Shown here in pieces: positions 47,148-57,179 of a stretch of 64,000 nt of DNA. The DNA is from a virus (Duplodnaviria; Caudoviricetes): IMG/VR virus record IMGVR_UViG_3300042258_000071, positions 160,001 through 224,000 of that record, one strand, 5' to 3'. A model generated the notes under the pieces. That model was not told the DNA's origin, ran no database searches, and worked only from the letters and a program-made list of their open reading frames with translations. Numbering within the stretch: the stretch's first letter is position 1; each line of letters starts with the position of its first letter. The translations under genes and the position numbers were made by a program.

Positions 47148-49382
47148 TTAGGTAAAGTCAATGCCTGAAAAGACATCATTCAACCCAGTGATCGTGCATT
47201 CAAAACCAATTGGGTTGGTAACGAATGGAATCTCACGAGTGTTATGGATAAACCGCTTGTTAGCGGCATTGCCATTGGTAAGAGTGTAGCTCCCCATGAA
47301 GTTCCCACAATCACGGATAGCCGCAAATGAAGTTACTTCATCTTCAGAGCCTTCATCACGAACATACATACCGATAACGGTATTGTCCATGTTCTTAAAT
47401 GACGTCCCATAGACATCCACTCGGGTGTCATTTTGGAGGTTAAAGGAGTAATCCGAACCTGCCATTTTCCGACCACCTTCAGGAAGATCGGACAGCACGT
47501 TGTGATAGGCATCGATACCAAACAAGATGTCCACCAACGGACGTGCTGCAATGACTTTAATAACCGGAGTTTCGCCCGGTTTGAACACCGTCATATACTG
47601 CGAGTTGGTCTTAATCAAAGAGTCCATTGCTAAGAAACGGAATCGCATCAGAGCATGGAGATCAGAAGGACGTTCAGATTCACGCATAATCGCGATACCA
47701 GAGGCCGAGATGTCGATCGTAGTTTTCACGACATACGGTTTAACAACCGTACCGGCGGCATATTGACGACCAACGGTTTGGAAATAGTTCGTCTGAGCCG
47801 CATTCTCTTTTTCAAACGTATTGCGAGCATTAACGGTGTCAAGGTGACCCCGAATCACCGAAAGCCCCCGAGTAGAGTTACCGATGTCAGCAACCGTCCC
47901 CATCGACTCAAGAACTTCTTCAGTCGTAACCTGTTGCAAAGAGAAATCTGCAATCATGGTGCGACCAACAGGAATTTCATAAGCCTGCGGGCGAACATTA
48001 TGACGGATGGCCAGATCTGCTTTGCGAACGTTCTCTTCTGACCAGGTTGCATCGATAGACCAGCCGATGGCTTCAACTGTCAGGTCATCCATAATGTCCT
48101 GAGTTGCTGTTGCAGGATCAGCATCCGCATCACCGATAACGATTGCTTCACCCTTTGCAGTGGGATTGCCGCTAACATACGAAGTTTTAAGTTCAACGTC
48201 ACCAGAGAACGACACTGAGAGGCGGATGGCATCCGAGGTGTCGACATCTGCCAGAATCACAGATGCAGACCCGTTAGATTGCAAAGTTGTGGAGGTCAAG
48301 TTGAACATGACATCACGCAACATCGCTACGCGAACAGAAGAGTCCTGTTGGTTATCATGTTCGGTGAATCGACCACCGGCATAGTGAAGCGTCGGAATTG
48401 AGAAAGTCTCGACAGTGTTTGGAGTACCAGCAAGAGTCAATTGGACCAACACACTTTTAACTTCAGCACCTTCCGATACGAGATCGGTATAATCAGCCGT
48501 GTCAAAGCCAGATCGATTCGAGTCAAAATGCAAATCAAGCATGTTGGCCCGGACACCTGGCATCAAGACGTCATCTGCAACCAAATAGGTTTCAGTGCCA
48601 GTGTCATTGCTTTTCTTCAAGGTAACCGGTTTTGCAGTCGTGTCAACGATCTCCGGATTACGATAGAGATCGATCAAGGTCCGACGATGATCCATGCTGT
48701 ATCGCGTCTTGGCATCAGCCGACTGGGATTTACCCAGATTGTAGACTTCAACTTCCGGAATACGGATCTTGATGATGGGGTCTTTGTGCGAGATGCGCGA
48801 GAAAACGCGATCCATCAGAGACTTCCATGACCGAACAATCGTCAATGCGATGTTCAATCGTGCATCTGTTACAACGTGGTCAATGTTCACACCAAATGCT
48901 TCGAAAGCAGTTGCCGTATTGACATCATTCATGACCTGGCTGTAAGCACCGCGCGAAGTAACTTCATGCATGGCGGCAACAGATTTGTCCCCACGTGAAG
49001 TCATCTGGAAGTGACGCGATGCATCCACACCACCATTCAAGATGGCTGCGATCGAACGGGTCAGCGATTTTTGAGTGTTCTTTGGCAGCGCTGCCATATT
49101 AACACCCGCATCCGCCATCAGCTTAGCGACTGATGCCTGGAAGTCGCCACCGGCAGACGCCCCTTCAGTGAAGAAGGTCTTTACCGAGTCGCTGTTGATC
49201 TCAACTTTTTTGTTAAGATCATTAAACCCTTCTGTTGCACCTGAAAAGAGTGCACTATCTTCCATAGAGAAGGTTTTTACTGCGCTAAAAATGCGCTCAC
49301 AAGAAACGACCTCACGGTCGTTCGGATTTGTAATCACCTGCTGTTGCAGCTGATCCCATACACTATCAAATGGGCTCGTCAT
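47148..49382 (-). CDS. Major capsid protein precursor (phiKZ gp120-like)
   Basis: 744 aa; A-F-E161 maturation-type site; position near the divergent DnaB gene as in phiKZ-like phages. Confidence 0.8.
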   Translation of the reverse strand: MTSPFDSVWDQLQQQVITNPNDREVVSCERIFSAVKTFSMEDSALFSGATEGFNDLNKKVEINSDSVKTFFTEGASAGGDFQASVAKLMADAGVNMAALPKNTQKSLTRSIAAILNGGVDASRHFQMTSRGDKSVAAMHEVTSRGAYSQVMNDVNTATAFEAFGVNIDHVVTDARLNIALTIVRSWKSLMDRVFSRISHKDPIIKIRIPEVEVYNLGKSQSADAKTRYSMDHRRTLIDLYRNPEIVDTTAKPVTLKKSNDTGTETYLVADDVLMPGVRANMLDLHFDSNRSGFDTADYTDLVSEGAEVKSVLVQLTLAGTPNTVETFSIPTLHYAGGRFTEHDNQQDSSVRVAMLRDVMFNLTSTTLQSNGSASVILADVDTSDAIRLSVSFSGDVELKTSYVSGNPTAKGEAIVIGDADADPATATQDIMDDLTVEAIGWSIDATWSEENVRKADLAIRHNVRPQAYEIPVGRTMIADFSLQQVTTEEVLESMGTVADIGNSTRGLSVIRGHLDTVNARNTFEKENAAQTNYFQTVGRQYAAGTVVKPYVVKTTIDISASGIAIMRESERPSDLHALMRFRFLAMDSLIKTNSQYMTVFKPGETPVIKVIAARPLVDILFGIDAYHNVLSDLPEGGRKMAGSDYSFNLQNDTRVDVYGTSFKNMDNTVIGMYVRDEGSEDEVTSFAAIRDCGNFMGSYTLTNGNAANKRFIHNTREIPFVTNPIGFECTITGLNDVFSGIDFT

Positions 49383-51020
49383 TTATTTGTCCTCTTTTAC
49401 CGAAAAAGTTTTAAACTGATCTTCGATACCCAATACTTTTAGCACCCTTTGGGTATCCTCAATGGGTGTTAACCACATCCATCGAGCACACCAATCTTTA
49501 AGAAGAGACAGACCCTCAGGTGTAATGTCGATAAGGTCCTGTCTGGCTTCAAAAAGTTGGCAAGCCTTCCAAACAGCTTCACAATAAAGAGTGGATGCTT
49601 TCTCTTCATTATCTTGAAGATCAATAAAGGCAAACGCCTTCCCAACCGGGGTCGTCGCTATACTATTATTTTGATCCTCCCCGTCACCGGGATTTTCGTC
49701 TTGTGCAGGGTCGTCTTCAAAGTCGTTATCAGATGGATCACTAGGAGCCTCATCGTCCTCATCTTCTGGGATTTCATCGTCTTCAGATGAGGTGTCGTCA
49801 TCACCTTCTTCTTCTGTATCTTCTTCAAGTACTGCAGTTGGATCACCGCGTAGTTCTTTAATCTGATCTTCGATGGCTTCACAGCCAAATGTCACCTGAT
49901 TAATTTGAGAACGCGCATAATCCGATACCGACCATGTTGGAACCATAGTAGGTTTTCCAAGTTTAGAATGTACACCTAAATAGTGATCTATGATAAATCT
50001 AAGAGCAGGGGACAGCTGATCTTGAATAGTACTAAGCGTATTCCTAAATTCAATGTTATCAATATTTTGAAATACAGAATTAAAGAACTTAGAAGCGTCT
50101 TTATGATCATAGATGGTGGGGTTACAATGTTGATCTGTTAAAATAAGATTGGCAAACATCGGATAGGCGTTTTCACGATCATGTGACCCGGTGGTATCGG
50201 ACACATATTCATATGCCGTCATGCTAGCAAGAATGTTTGCAAGAGGAGCCCCATGGGTACCGTAACCTAAGTTGATGGCTGGGGCATGTAAGGCGAGAAT
50301 ATCTTTAATACGTCTGAAACCCTCAAACACCTCAAGTGTACTGAGATTATCAGTTTTCCAAGATCGGGTAAGGAGGTATAAATATTTCCAAATAGAAGGA
50401 ATGTCTGAATTAAGGGTTATTTCAGAACAATCAATCTCTGTAATTTTAAAATCAAAGGTATGATTGTTAAAGATTACAGTGTGATACTTTGAGATAGCAG
50501 CAGATTCTTCTGGTGTAACCACCCACTTCTTAGTACTATTTCCAAATACTGCTAAGGTCAGATATACCAGTGCTTTAGGGAAAAACTTATAAAGACCAAT
50601 ACGGGAGGCAATCTGTTCAACAAGTCGAGTATCGAGTGTGTAAGTATTAGAAGAGTTTTCCTGATGAGAACGTTTCCGTGTAATATACTCTTGTGCAAAC
50701 TTTGCAACATATCCGTCTTTAGATGTGAGCAGTCGTTTGGCAACTTCAATAATGTTTGAATGTAACGTATTATAATCTAGGTACATTAATTTCTTATTGT
50801 GAGAATAAAAGATAAGATTGTAATGATAGAATATAAAAGATGCCATATTCCGAATATCGTCTGTGACAAGGCCATCTTCTAAAAAGGTATCAACGGTAAT
50901 TTTTTTACTTCTTGCATAAAGAATATCTTCCCACCCCACTTGGGATGGGAGAAAGCTTTCTACACTTCCAGACATGTGTAATTTAAGATTTTCAGAAAGG
51001 TGCCTATGCATATAGAGCAT
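49383..51020 (-). CDS. Probable head-associated protein upstream of capsid gene
   Basis: Abuts MCP; acidic tract; S-V-E and G-C-E sites. Confidence 0.65.
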   Translation of the reverse strand: MLYMHRHLSENLKLHMSGSVESFLPSQVGWEDILYARSKKITVDTFLEDGLVTDDIRNMASFIFYHYNLIFYSHNKKLMYLDYNTLHSNIIEVAKRLLTSKDGYVAKFAQEYITRKRSHQENSSNTYTLDTRLVEQIASRIGLYKFFPKALVYLTLAVFGNSTKKWVVTPEESAAISKYHTVIFNNHTFDFKITEIDCSEITLNSDIPSIWKYLYLLTRSWKTDNLSTLEVFEGFRRIKDILALHAPAINLGYGTHGAPLANILASMTAYEYVSDTTGSHDRENAYPMFANLILTDQHCNPTIYDHKDASKFFNSVFQNIDNIEFRNTLSTIQDQLSPALRFIIDHYLGVHSKLGKPTMVPTWSVSDYARSQINQVTFGCEAIEDQIKELRGDPTAVLEEDTEEEGDDDTSSEDDEIPEDEDDEAPSDPSDNDFEDDPAQDENPGDGEDQNNSIATTPVGKAFAFIDLQDNEEKASTLYCEAVWKACQLFEARQDLIDITPEGLSLLKDWCARWMWLTPIEDTQRVLKVLGIEDQFKTFSVKEDK

Positions 51021-51163
51021 ATGTGTTAACCCTTTACATAAGGTTTAAGGTACTTAAGAATACCCGGAAAACTGCATACTATGTTTTAAGTATGTCTGAG
51101 ACGTCTGATGAGGTCTTTATGATTATGAGTTACTTGAAAACCATCAAAATAGGGTCATAAAAA

Positions 51164-52771
51164 ATGTTTCTAACCCCAGACCTATTATTAGATTGTATAA
51201 CAGTCTTATTTCACGATAATAGTGAGACGAATAAGAATATTGTTAAAGAAATTGTAACGATCTATGAAGGATCTATTGCTGCTGGAACAGGAAGTTCTGA
51301 ACAGGATGCGGTTGTTGAATTATATGTTTGGATTATTAACCTTCTCTTAGACGATGGCCTTGATCGCACTGATGAAAATGATGTAAACAGATTTCTTATT
51401 AAAATCAAATCAAATCCTATCATGGAGAAACGACGAGAAATCTATGATCTCCTTTCAAACTTGTTTACATCTAGAGAAACCCTATCTGAAGTTAAACTTG
51501 CTAAATGTTTTAATGCTATCCAAACTCGTCTTTTACATATTCGTATGAATAAGGTTAGTCGCATGTTTTTTGGTGGCGTTAATCGTGTTCAGGATATGGC
51601 GAATGTTGAAGATCAAAGTCGAGACCTTAAGAAATTAATTATAACCATTAAAGAAGCCTTAGATGAAACCGAGAAATCATTATCCTCTTCAAGTGATGAT
51701 GGTGCCATCGAGACCGTTTCATTTAACAATAAACAGAGTATGAAAAATGCTCTTAAGAAAAATAACGATCGAACAATTAGAGGGGTTATCAAGACAGGAC
51801 TCCAAGGTCTTAATATGGCCTTTGGTAAAGCTGGAGGGCTGATCTTAGGTGAAAGCGTTATTTTTAACGCACCCTCTTATCATGGTAAGTCTCTTATTCT
51901 CCAACTGGTCGCGATGTGGGCTGCTGTGTATAATACACCAGCACCTTGTGATGGAAAGATGCCTCTCATCATACTCTTTTCATTAGAAAATGAAGCTTTT
52001 CAGAATTTCATCTTTATATCAAGTGTCATGTATTATCAGGCAACTGGTAAAGAGATCGGAAATTTGGCTAAAGAAGAGGTTCAAGATGATCTTATTGATT
52101 GGGTGTATGATGAGTTTGAGAAGAATGGTTTTAAACTCGAAATCATTCGTCAACTTCCTGACACCTTTGGATATGAAGAAATTGTTCAAATTATTAATTA
52201 TAAAGAAAAGTCTGGATTCGTCATTCATTTATGCGTTATTGACTATATTAATAAAATGCGTAAAGGGGCAAATGGTGATAAAAATGCATCTTCTGTTGGG
52301 AACCATCTTCTCATTAAAGAACTTTATAGTAAATTGTGTAACTATTTTAAAACAAAAGGCATCACACTCGTCTCCGCACATCAGTTGAATCGAGATGCAC
52401 TTAAGATAGGAAACATTGGTGGTAAACGTGAGGTTGTAAAATATCTTAATGCAGATCATCTTGCAGAGAGTGTTGATGTCCAGCGTGAACCAGATGTACT
52501 GTTTTTCATGTATAAAGAATATAACTATGATGGTATTCCATTTCTAACAATGCGAATTGATAAACACCGTTATGTCAATGATACTCCAGATACCCATAAA
52601 CATTTTGCATATCCTTTTACGAAACATGGTATCTTAGCTGATATTAATGGTACACCTATGTTTACTCGTGATATTTACAATTATAAACCTAAAGATATGA
52701 GTCTCTTTCATGACAATATTGCCACTAATAAGCAAGCTCTTGATCAAGCTTCTGCATCTGACATCTTCTAG
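51164..52771 (+). CDS. dnaB: DnaB-like replicative helicase
   Basis: KTGLQGLN, APSYHGKS, FSLEN, VIDY, SAHQLNR, KHR. Confidence 0.92.
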   Translation: MFLTPDLLLDCITVLFHDNSETNKNIVKEIVTIYEGSIAAGTGSSEQDAVVELYVWIINLLLDDGLDRTDENDVNRFLIKIKSNPIMEKRREIYDLLSNLFTSRETLSEVKLAKCFNAIQTRLLHIRMNKVSRMFFGGVNRVQDMANVEDQSRDLKKLIITIKEALDETEKSLSSSSDDGAIETVSFNNKQSMKNALKKNNDRTIRGVIKTGLQGLNMAFGKAGGLILGESVIFNAPSYHGKSLILQLVAMWAAVYNTPAPCDGKMPLIILFSLENEAFQNFIFISSVMYYQATGKEIGNLAKEEVQDDLIDWVYDEFEKNGFKLEIIRQLPDTFGYEEIVQIINYKEKSGFVIHLCVIDYINKMRKGANGDKNASSVGNHLLIKELYSKLCNYFKTKGITLVSAHQLNRDALKIGNIGGKREVVKYLNADHLAESVDVQREPDVLFFMYKEYNYDGIPFLTMRIDKHRYVNDTPDTHKHFAYPFTKHGILADINGTPMFTRDIYNYKPKDMSLFHDNIATNKQALDQASASDIF

Positions 52772-52786
52772 AGTTACCCCTAGAAC

Positions 52787-52822
52787 AGAGAAGAGATCCC
52801 CAATTAAGGGGATCTCTTCTCT
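52787..52822. terminator. Hairpin
   Basis: AGAGAAGAGATCCCC-aattaa-GGGGATCTCTTCTCT. Confidence 0.75.
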
Positions 52823-52880
52823 TATGCCCATTTCCAGATAGTATGATCATGACTTTTACATCATACAGGGATATTTTACC

Positions 52881-54653
52881 ATGGTGACATCGATTACTGC
52901 TGAAGGTATTTCTACTTCTAAATTTACCTTAAACGATGAAGATGCTGTTGCAATTATTTCAGATCTTGAAGGTGCAACTGATCTCACACATAAGTTAGTA
53001 TCTGCAGGGGCGGTATCAACCTATGTCACTCAGAAAGTTCTTCAGGTTACATCGGGTGGGAATGGTTCTTCTATTTCTGATGTGAATATGATTACAAAAG
53101 CCCCTATGGGAACTCTTAAACTTGGGGATGTTGGTCCTTTCCCTTTTATTGGTAAACTTAAAAACATTACGCACTGTAAAGGGGGTGTTTTTAGTCCATC
53201 CTCTGGATACATCACCTGTTCACATGATGCAACAACATCACTTGGAAATGCCGTACGATGTGATATTTTAGAGAGAGGTGTGCTCTTTAACTACCTAGGA
53301 CCTGCAAACAAAATTACAAGTGCAACGCTTTTTTATGAACTCTTATATCCAAGACCCATCTCACATGTCATTTTGCATGTAGAACAGGTGGCAACAGATT
53401 GTGTTCCAAATGAGATCATCATCACGGTTAACAACACCTCATATACAGTAGATCTTACAATGGCAGAAGGTTATGGAGGTGGGTACCATACAGTTACATA
53501 TACCCTTCCAGATGGACCTGTTATTGTAACCGATCCATTAGCTTTTCATATTTCAAACATGTCTTCTGGGTCAACATATGGTCTTGGTGTCGATGTCTTG
53601 TTCTCAGATATTGGGGCTGCAACTTTTGTTATTAACAGTGGCATCGATGTCAATATGTCTAACAAGGACGGTGTCATTAATCAATACCGAACAAACACCC
53701 CTATTAGTGTAAACACTGCTACTCTTGAAAATGATCATTGGTATACACTCATGTTCAATTCTGTTACAAATCTCCCAGAACTACATGTCTTCACTCCAAC
53801 TGTCGTAACTCCAAATCAACCAGATCGAAATGCGTATCCTTTAAAAGCCCTTTCTTTAGAACATCTGGGATATGGAACTGTTACTTCCACCTATCAGGCT
53901 GGGAATGTATATGGACTATATCAGGGTCATGATGGTGTGAGTGGCGGCCAGACAACCGTTCACATAAAAACCTTCACCTCCCCAATTTCTATTCGTAAGA
54001 TTGATTATCAGGTTAACAGTGTTGCATTATCTGATATTGATTTTGCAGAGATCATTGAGACGACGTTAGAATGTCGTCTTGAAGACGATAGCGTCATAAC
54101 GCTTTCAACGCAAGGTCCCAATCCTGCTCTGCCAAAGAAAGTTGTGAAACACAATCGACCTTCTACACAGACAGTCTATACTGGAACAGGTGGGCGGTAT
54201 GCTTTAGATGTATCTGTTGTTGTTGAAGACTATACAGAACTTAAAATTAAACAGTTCACAATTACATCTACATCTACAAGTGTCACGATTAACCAACAAA
54301 ATTCATCTCTTTGGAATCTTAAGGTTGGTATAAATGTCCCATGGTTTGATACGACTTTAAAGAAGTGGAATGACGACACTTCCAGGTTCTTTATCGGATA
54401 TCTGAGTAAATCATCTCTCTCTGGAAATATTCTTTTTTCACCCTCAGCTATAAATTCTTTTGGAGACATATACCCAACTGGTTATAATACTTTGCTGGCC
54501 TCTGAGATCAGAGATGTTTTAAATCCTTTTTTTGTTATGCAAGATCTTATCCCTATAACAAACGACGATGCTTCTATAGTTAAAGTATTATCTCCAAGTG
54601 TTCTTCAAATTGCATGTAACAACACCCCTCACCTTCGACTTAAGAGACTTTAA
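52881..54653 (+). CDS. Probable virion (tail/fibre-type) protein
   Basis: 590 aa, Thr/Ser/Gly/Val-rich beta-type composition. Confidence 0.55.
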   Translation: MVTSITAEGISTSKFTLNDEDAVAIISDLEGATDLTHKLVSAGAVSTYVTQKVLQVTSGGNGSSISDVNMITKAPMGTLKLGDVGPFPFIGKLKNITHCKGGVFSPSSGYITCSHDATTSLGNAVRCDILERGVLFNYLGPANKITSATLFYELLYPRPISHVILHVEQVATDCVPNEIIITVNNTSYTVDLTMAEGYGGGYHTVTYTLPDGPVIVTDPLAFHISNMSSGSTYGLGVDVLFSDIGAATFVINSGIDVNMSNKDGVINQYRTNTPISVNTATLENDHWYTLMFNSVTNLPELHVFTPTVVTPNQPDRNAYPLKALSLEHLGYGTVTSTYQAGNVYGLYQGHDGVSGGQTTVHIKTFTSPISIRKIDYQVNSVALSDIDFAEIIETTLECRLEDDSVITLSTQGPNPALPKKVVKHNRPSTQTVYTGTGGRYALDVSVVVEDYTELKIKQFTITSTSTSVTINQQNSSLWNLKVGINVPWFDTTLKKWNDDTSRFFIGYLSKSSLSGNILFSPSAINSFGDIYPTGYNTLLASEIRDVLNPFFVMQDLIPITNDDASIVKVLSPSVLQIACNNTPHLRLKRL

Positions 54654-54729
54654 ATTATCAGTAGGAGAGAGGGTGGGAGATCCCACCCTCTCTCTCTTAT
54701 ATTCGAATTTCTCAATTAAAAAATACATA

Positions 54730-54745
54730 TACATTACTTTAATGA
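54730..54745 (+). promoter_or_regulatory. Early promoter variant TACATTAC-N5-TGA
   Basis: One mismatch to the core, same N5-TGA, follows hairpin 54665-54694. Confidence 0.65.
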
Positions 54746-54993
54746 TTCGACGTCAATTAAAAAATATAGTATTAAGTATGGTCATATAATGCACCACTTG
54801 GTGGCAGTGACCTCTCACTCTTAAAGTGTTGGAGAGATAAAGTGTAGCATCTTATCAATCTTTTAATAACCTGCTCAGGCCGACCTAAAACTATCACTTC
54901 TAAATCAAAGTGATATGTACTACTTTGACGAATCCCCTATAAGCAGTGGCATATTCTGCTTATATTTTTAACATCCTGTAAAAGGAAATTCTC

Positions 54994-56223
54994 ATGTTGT
55001 ATTTGGTACCCAAACCTGAAGACAAAATCGTAAATCTCAACCAATTCGTGGATCCGATTCTTCCGTATGATCCTACCTTCCGATTTAATAATCAAGAAAA
55101 AAATCGGTTTTACGGGGACCCAACCCGTATCAACACCAATGCTCTGTGTCGAGCAATCTGCGACAACAAGTCGCCGGATGCTATGAAGATCTCTTTAATC
55201 GTTAAGACTTTTAAACACCAGATTAGCAACCGGAAGGAAGTGGTTCCGATCATTTCCGAAGATGGCGGGAGCGATGTGTCGCACGCCACCGGCTATGCCA
55301 CGGTAGTGGCCGATGCATCTGGGGGCCTTGTTCAAGGTCGACAAGTATGCCGGGTGGAACACTTCCAGACCCAACCCAATCGTACACATGCGTTGATTCA
55401 CGCAAAGCCTGGGACCCTGGTGTCCTTTGGTATGTGCGATGGGCATCATCGTCGAATGATCGTTGTGTACCGCGTCGATGACATTGTCACTGTATTTGAA
55501 GACAGTCTGTTGGAACACCTTATCGCTGGAAATGACTGCCGTGACATGCTAACAAAAGAACCGATGTGTCTGAATTTAACATTGGTAACGGCATACGATG
55601 CTGTTCATAACCATCAGCCTTTGAGCTATGAGCTTGCCGGTGATGATGGCCAGCCCGTTGCTGACACTAAAAACTTGATAAATCTGACCCTCCAGAAATT
55701 GTCAGGGGAGTCAACAACACCGCTTGGTGTCGAATTCTTCTTCACACCATTGTTCATCGCAGCCTCACGCAATCCAATGTACGACATCGACTGGGGAACT
55801 GCTGAATCATATTCTGCAGAACCTGAAGAATTCTTCGATGTCTTGCGGTCTCATCTTGCTGGGTATCGTGATGCTTCTAAGGTAAGTGGGCGGAAACGGA
55901 TCTCTTTTCCTGTTCCGGTTCAAAATTGGGTCACCCTAAACACGGTCACGCGAGAGATCGTTGTCGGCGTGGCTTTCAATCAGAAATTTGTATTACATCT
56001 AGTGGATGGGGTGTCTAAAGAACCGATCTTTGATCATCCGATCGCAATACAGACAAAACCTATCACAGGGGTCCTCCCTTGGCAACTTGTCAGGGATAAT
56101 AAACTCGTCTTCGGAAAAACAAATTTCGACGAGCTTGAAACCCTCCTTCTCGAAAAGGGTGAACCCATTCATCCTGACACGGATGAACTTGTTATGTATC
56201 AAAAACTTGATACTCATGCCTAG
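54994..56223 (+). CDS. Hypothetical protein
   Basis: 409 aa, SD AAGGA, terminator hairpin 56239-56272. Confidence 0.85.
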   Translation: MLYLVPKPEDKIVNLNQFVDPILPYDPTFRFNNQEKNRFYGDPTRINTNALCRAICDNKSPDAMKISLIVKTFKHQISNRKEVVPIISEDGGSDVSHATGYATVVADASGGLVQGRQVCRVEHFQTQPNRTHALIHAKPGTLVSFGMCDGHHRRMIVVYRVDDIVTVFEDSLLEHLIAGNDCRDMLTKEPMCLNLTLVTAYDAVHNHQPLSYELAGDDGQPVADTKNLINLTLQKLSGESTTPLGVEFFFTPLFIAASRNPMYDIDWGTAESYSAEPEEFFDVLRSHLAGYRDASKVSGRKRISFPVPVQNWVTLNTVTREIVVGVAFNQKFVLHLVDGVSKEPIFDHPIAIQTKPITGVLPWQLVRDNKLVFGKTNFDELETLLLEKGEPIHPDTDELVMYQKLDTHA

Positions 56224-56281
56224 TCCATAAACGTATACATAGAAGAGGGGAGCATCTGCTCCCCTCTTCTATTTTCTGTCT

Positions 56282-57145
56282 TTAATTTTTTTGATTTTTA
56301 TATGTCACACCTAGACGATGGAGTACATATATAAAGTTATGTTCAACCCGTTGGGAAGTATCTAAGAGAACTCCAAAATAATCAATCTGTCGAGCACAGG
56401 TAAGAATGAGTGAATGAAAGGCTTTGAGATACTCTTGATTCAATTTCACTTTTTCGAATTGTGAAATTAATTGATGCACTAACTTTTCAATATCATTAAT
56501 TTTGGAAAAATATGAACTTGCCAGCATGTAGTACTTCTCAAACTTCTTAATATCGTGATAGGTAGCTCTTACTTCTTTAAGAGAACTTAAAACATTAGAG
56601 ATTGGAACATTCCCTGGGGTATGTGTCCCACTAAATGATTTCTTAAATTCAGCTTCCATCTTTTTTTCTGTAAGATAGTTAATTTCATTCATCGTCGTTA
56701 TTGTTTTATCTTTAAGAAACGAATACTCGTCAATTGAACTGGTTTTATATAAATCGAGATAAATGAGCATTTGATCAATCATGGATTTAAAATTAGAATC
56801 TTCAAGAAAGGAGACTAACATGGTAGTGGCTTGATCATAAGGCACTTTCATGCCGTCAGGGATTGGGACCTCAACAGAAGAGTAATAATGAATAGGTCCT
56901 TTTAGAATATTAGAGACTAAAAGTCGATGACTTTCTTCATAGGCGGTTAATTCTGATCGTTTAAATCCTTTGAACCCCTTAAGAAGATACGTCTTAAAAT
57001 TATTTAAGATGCGACCAAATGCATCTAGAATGCTGTGGAAGGCATTAAAGGCTTCTACTGAGAAAACCTCATCATTATAAGATTCTAAGGCGAGATAGGA
57101 GGACGTCTGCGATAGGCTCGTGTATCCGATCATTTGGGCGCTCAT
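56282..57145 (-). CDS. Probable internal head protein (start revised to 57145)
   Basis: SD AAGGA before MSAQMIG; A-L-E and S-V-E sites near the N-terminus. Confidence 0.7.
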   Translation of the reverse strand: MSAQMIGYTSLSQTSSYLALESYNDEVFSVEAFNAFHSILDAFGRILNNFKTYLLKGFKGFKRSELTAYEESHRLLVSNILKGPIHYYSSVEVPIPDGMKVPYDQATTMLVSFLEDSNFKSMIDQMLIYLDLYKTSSIDEYSFLKDKTITTMNEINYLTEKKMEAEFKKSFSGTHTPGNVPISNVLSSLKEVRATYHDIKKFEKYYMLASSYFSKINDIEKLVHQLISQFEKVKLNQEYLKAFHSLILTCARQIDYFGVLLDTSQRVEHNFIYVLHRLGVTYKNQKN

Positions 57146-57179
57146 GGATGTACATCCTTGGGTTGTATGTATACGGGGG

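Noticed and set aside
51105-51160. Hammerhead-like CTGATGAG...GAAA...GTC
   Set aside because: Stems II and III do not pair as the hammerhead core requires.
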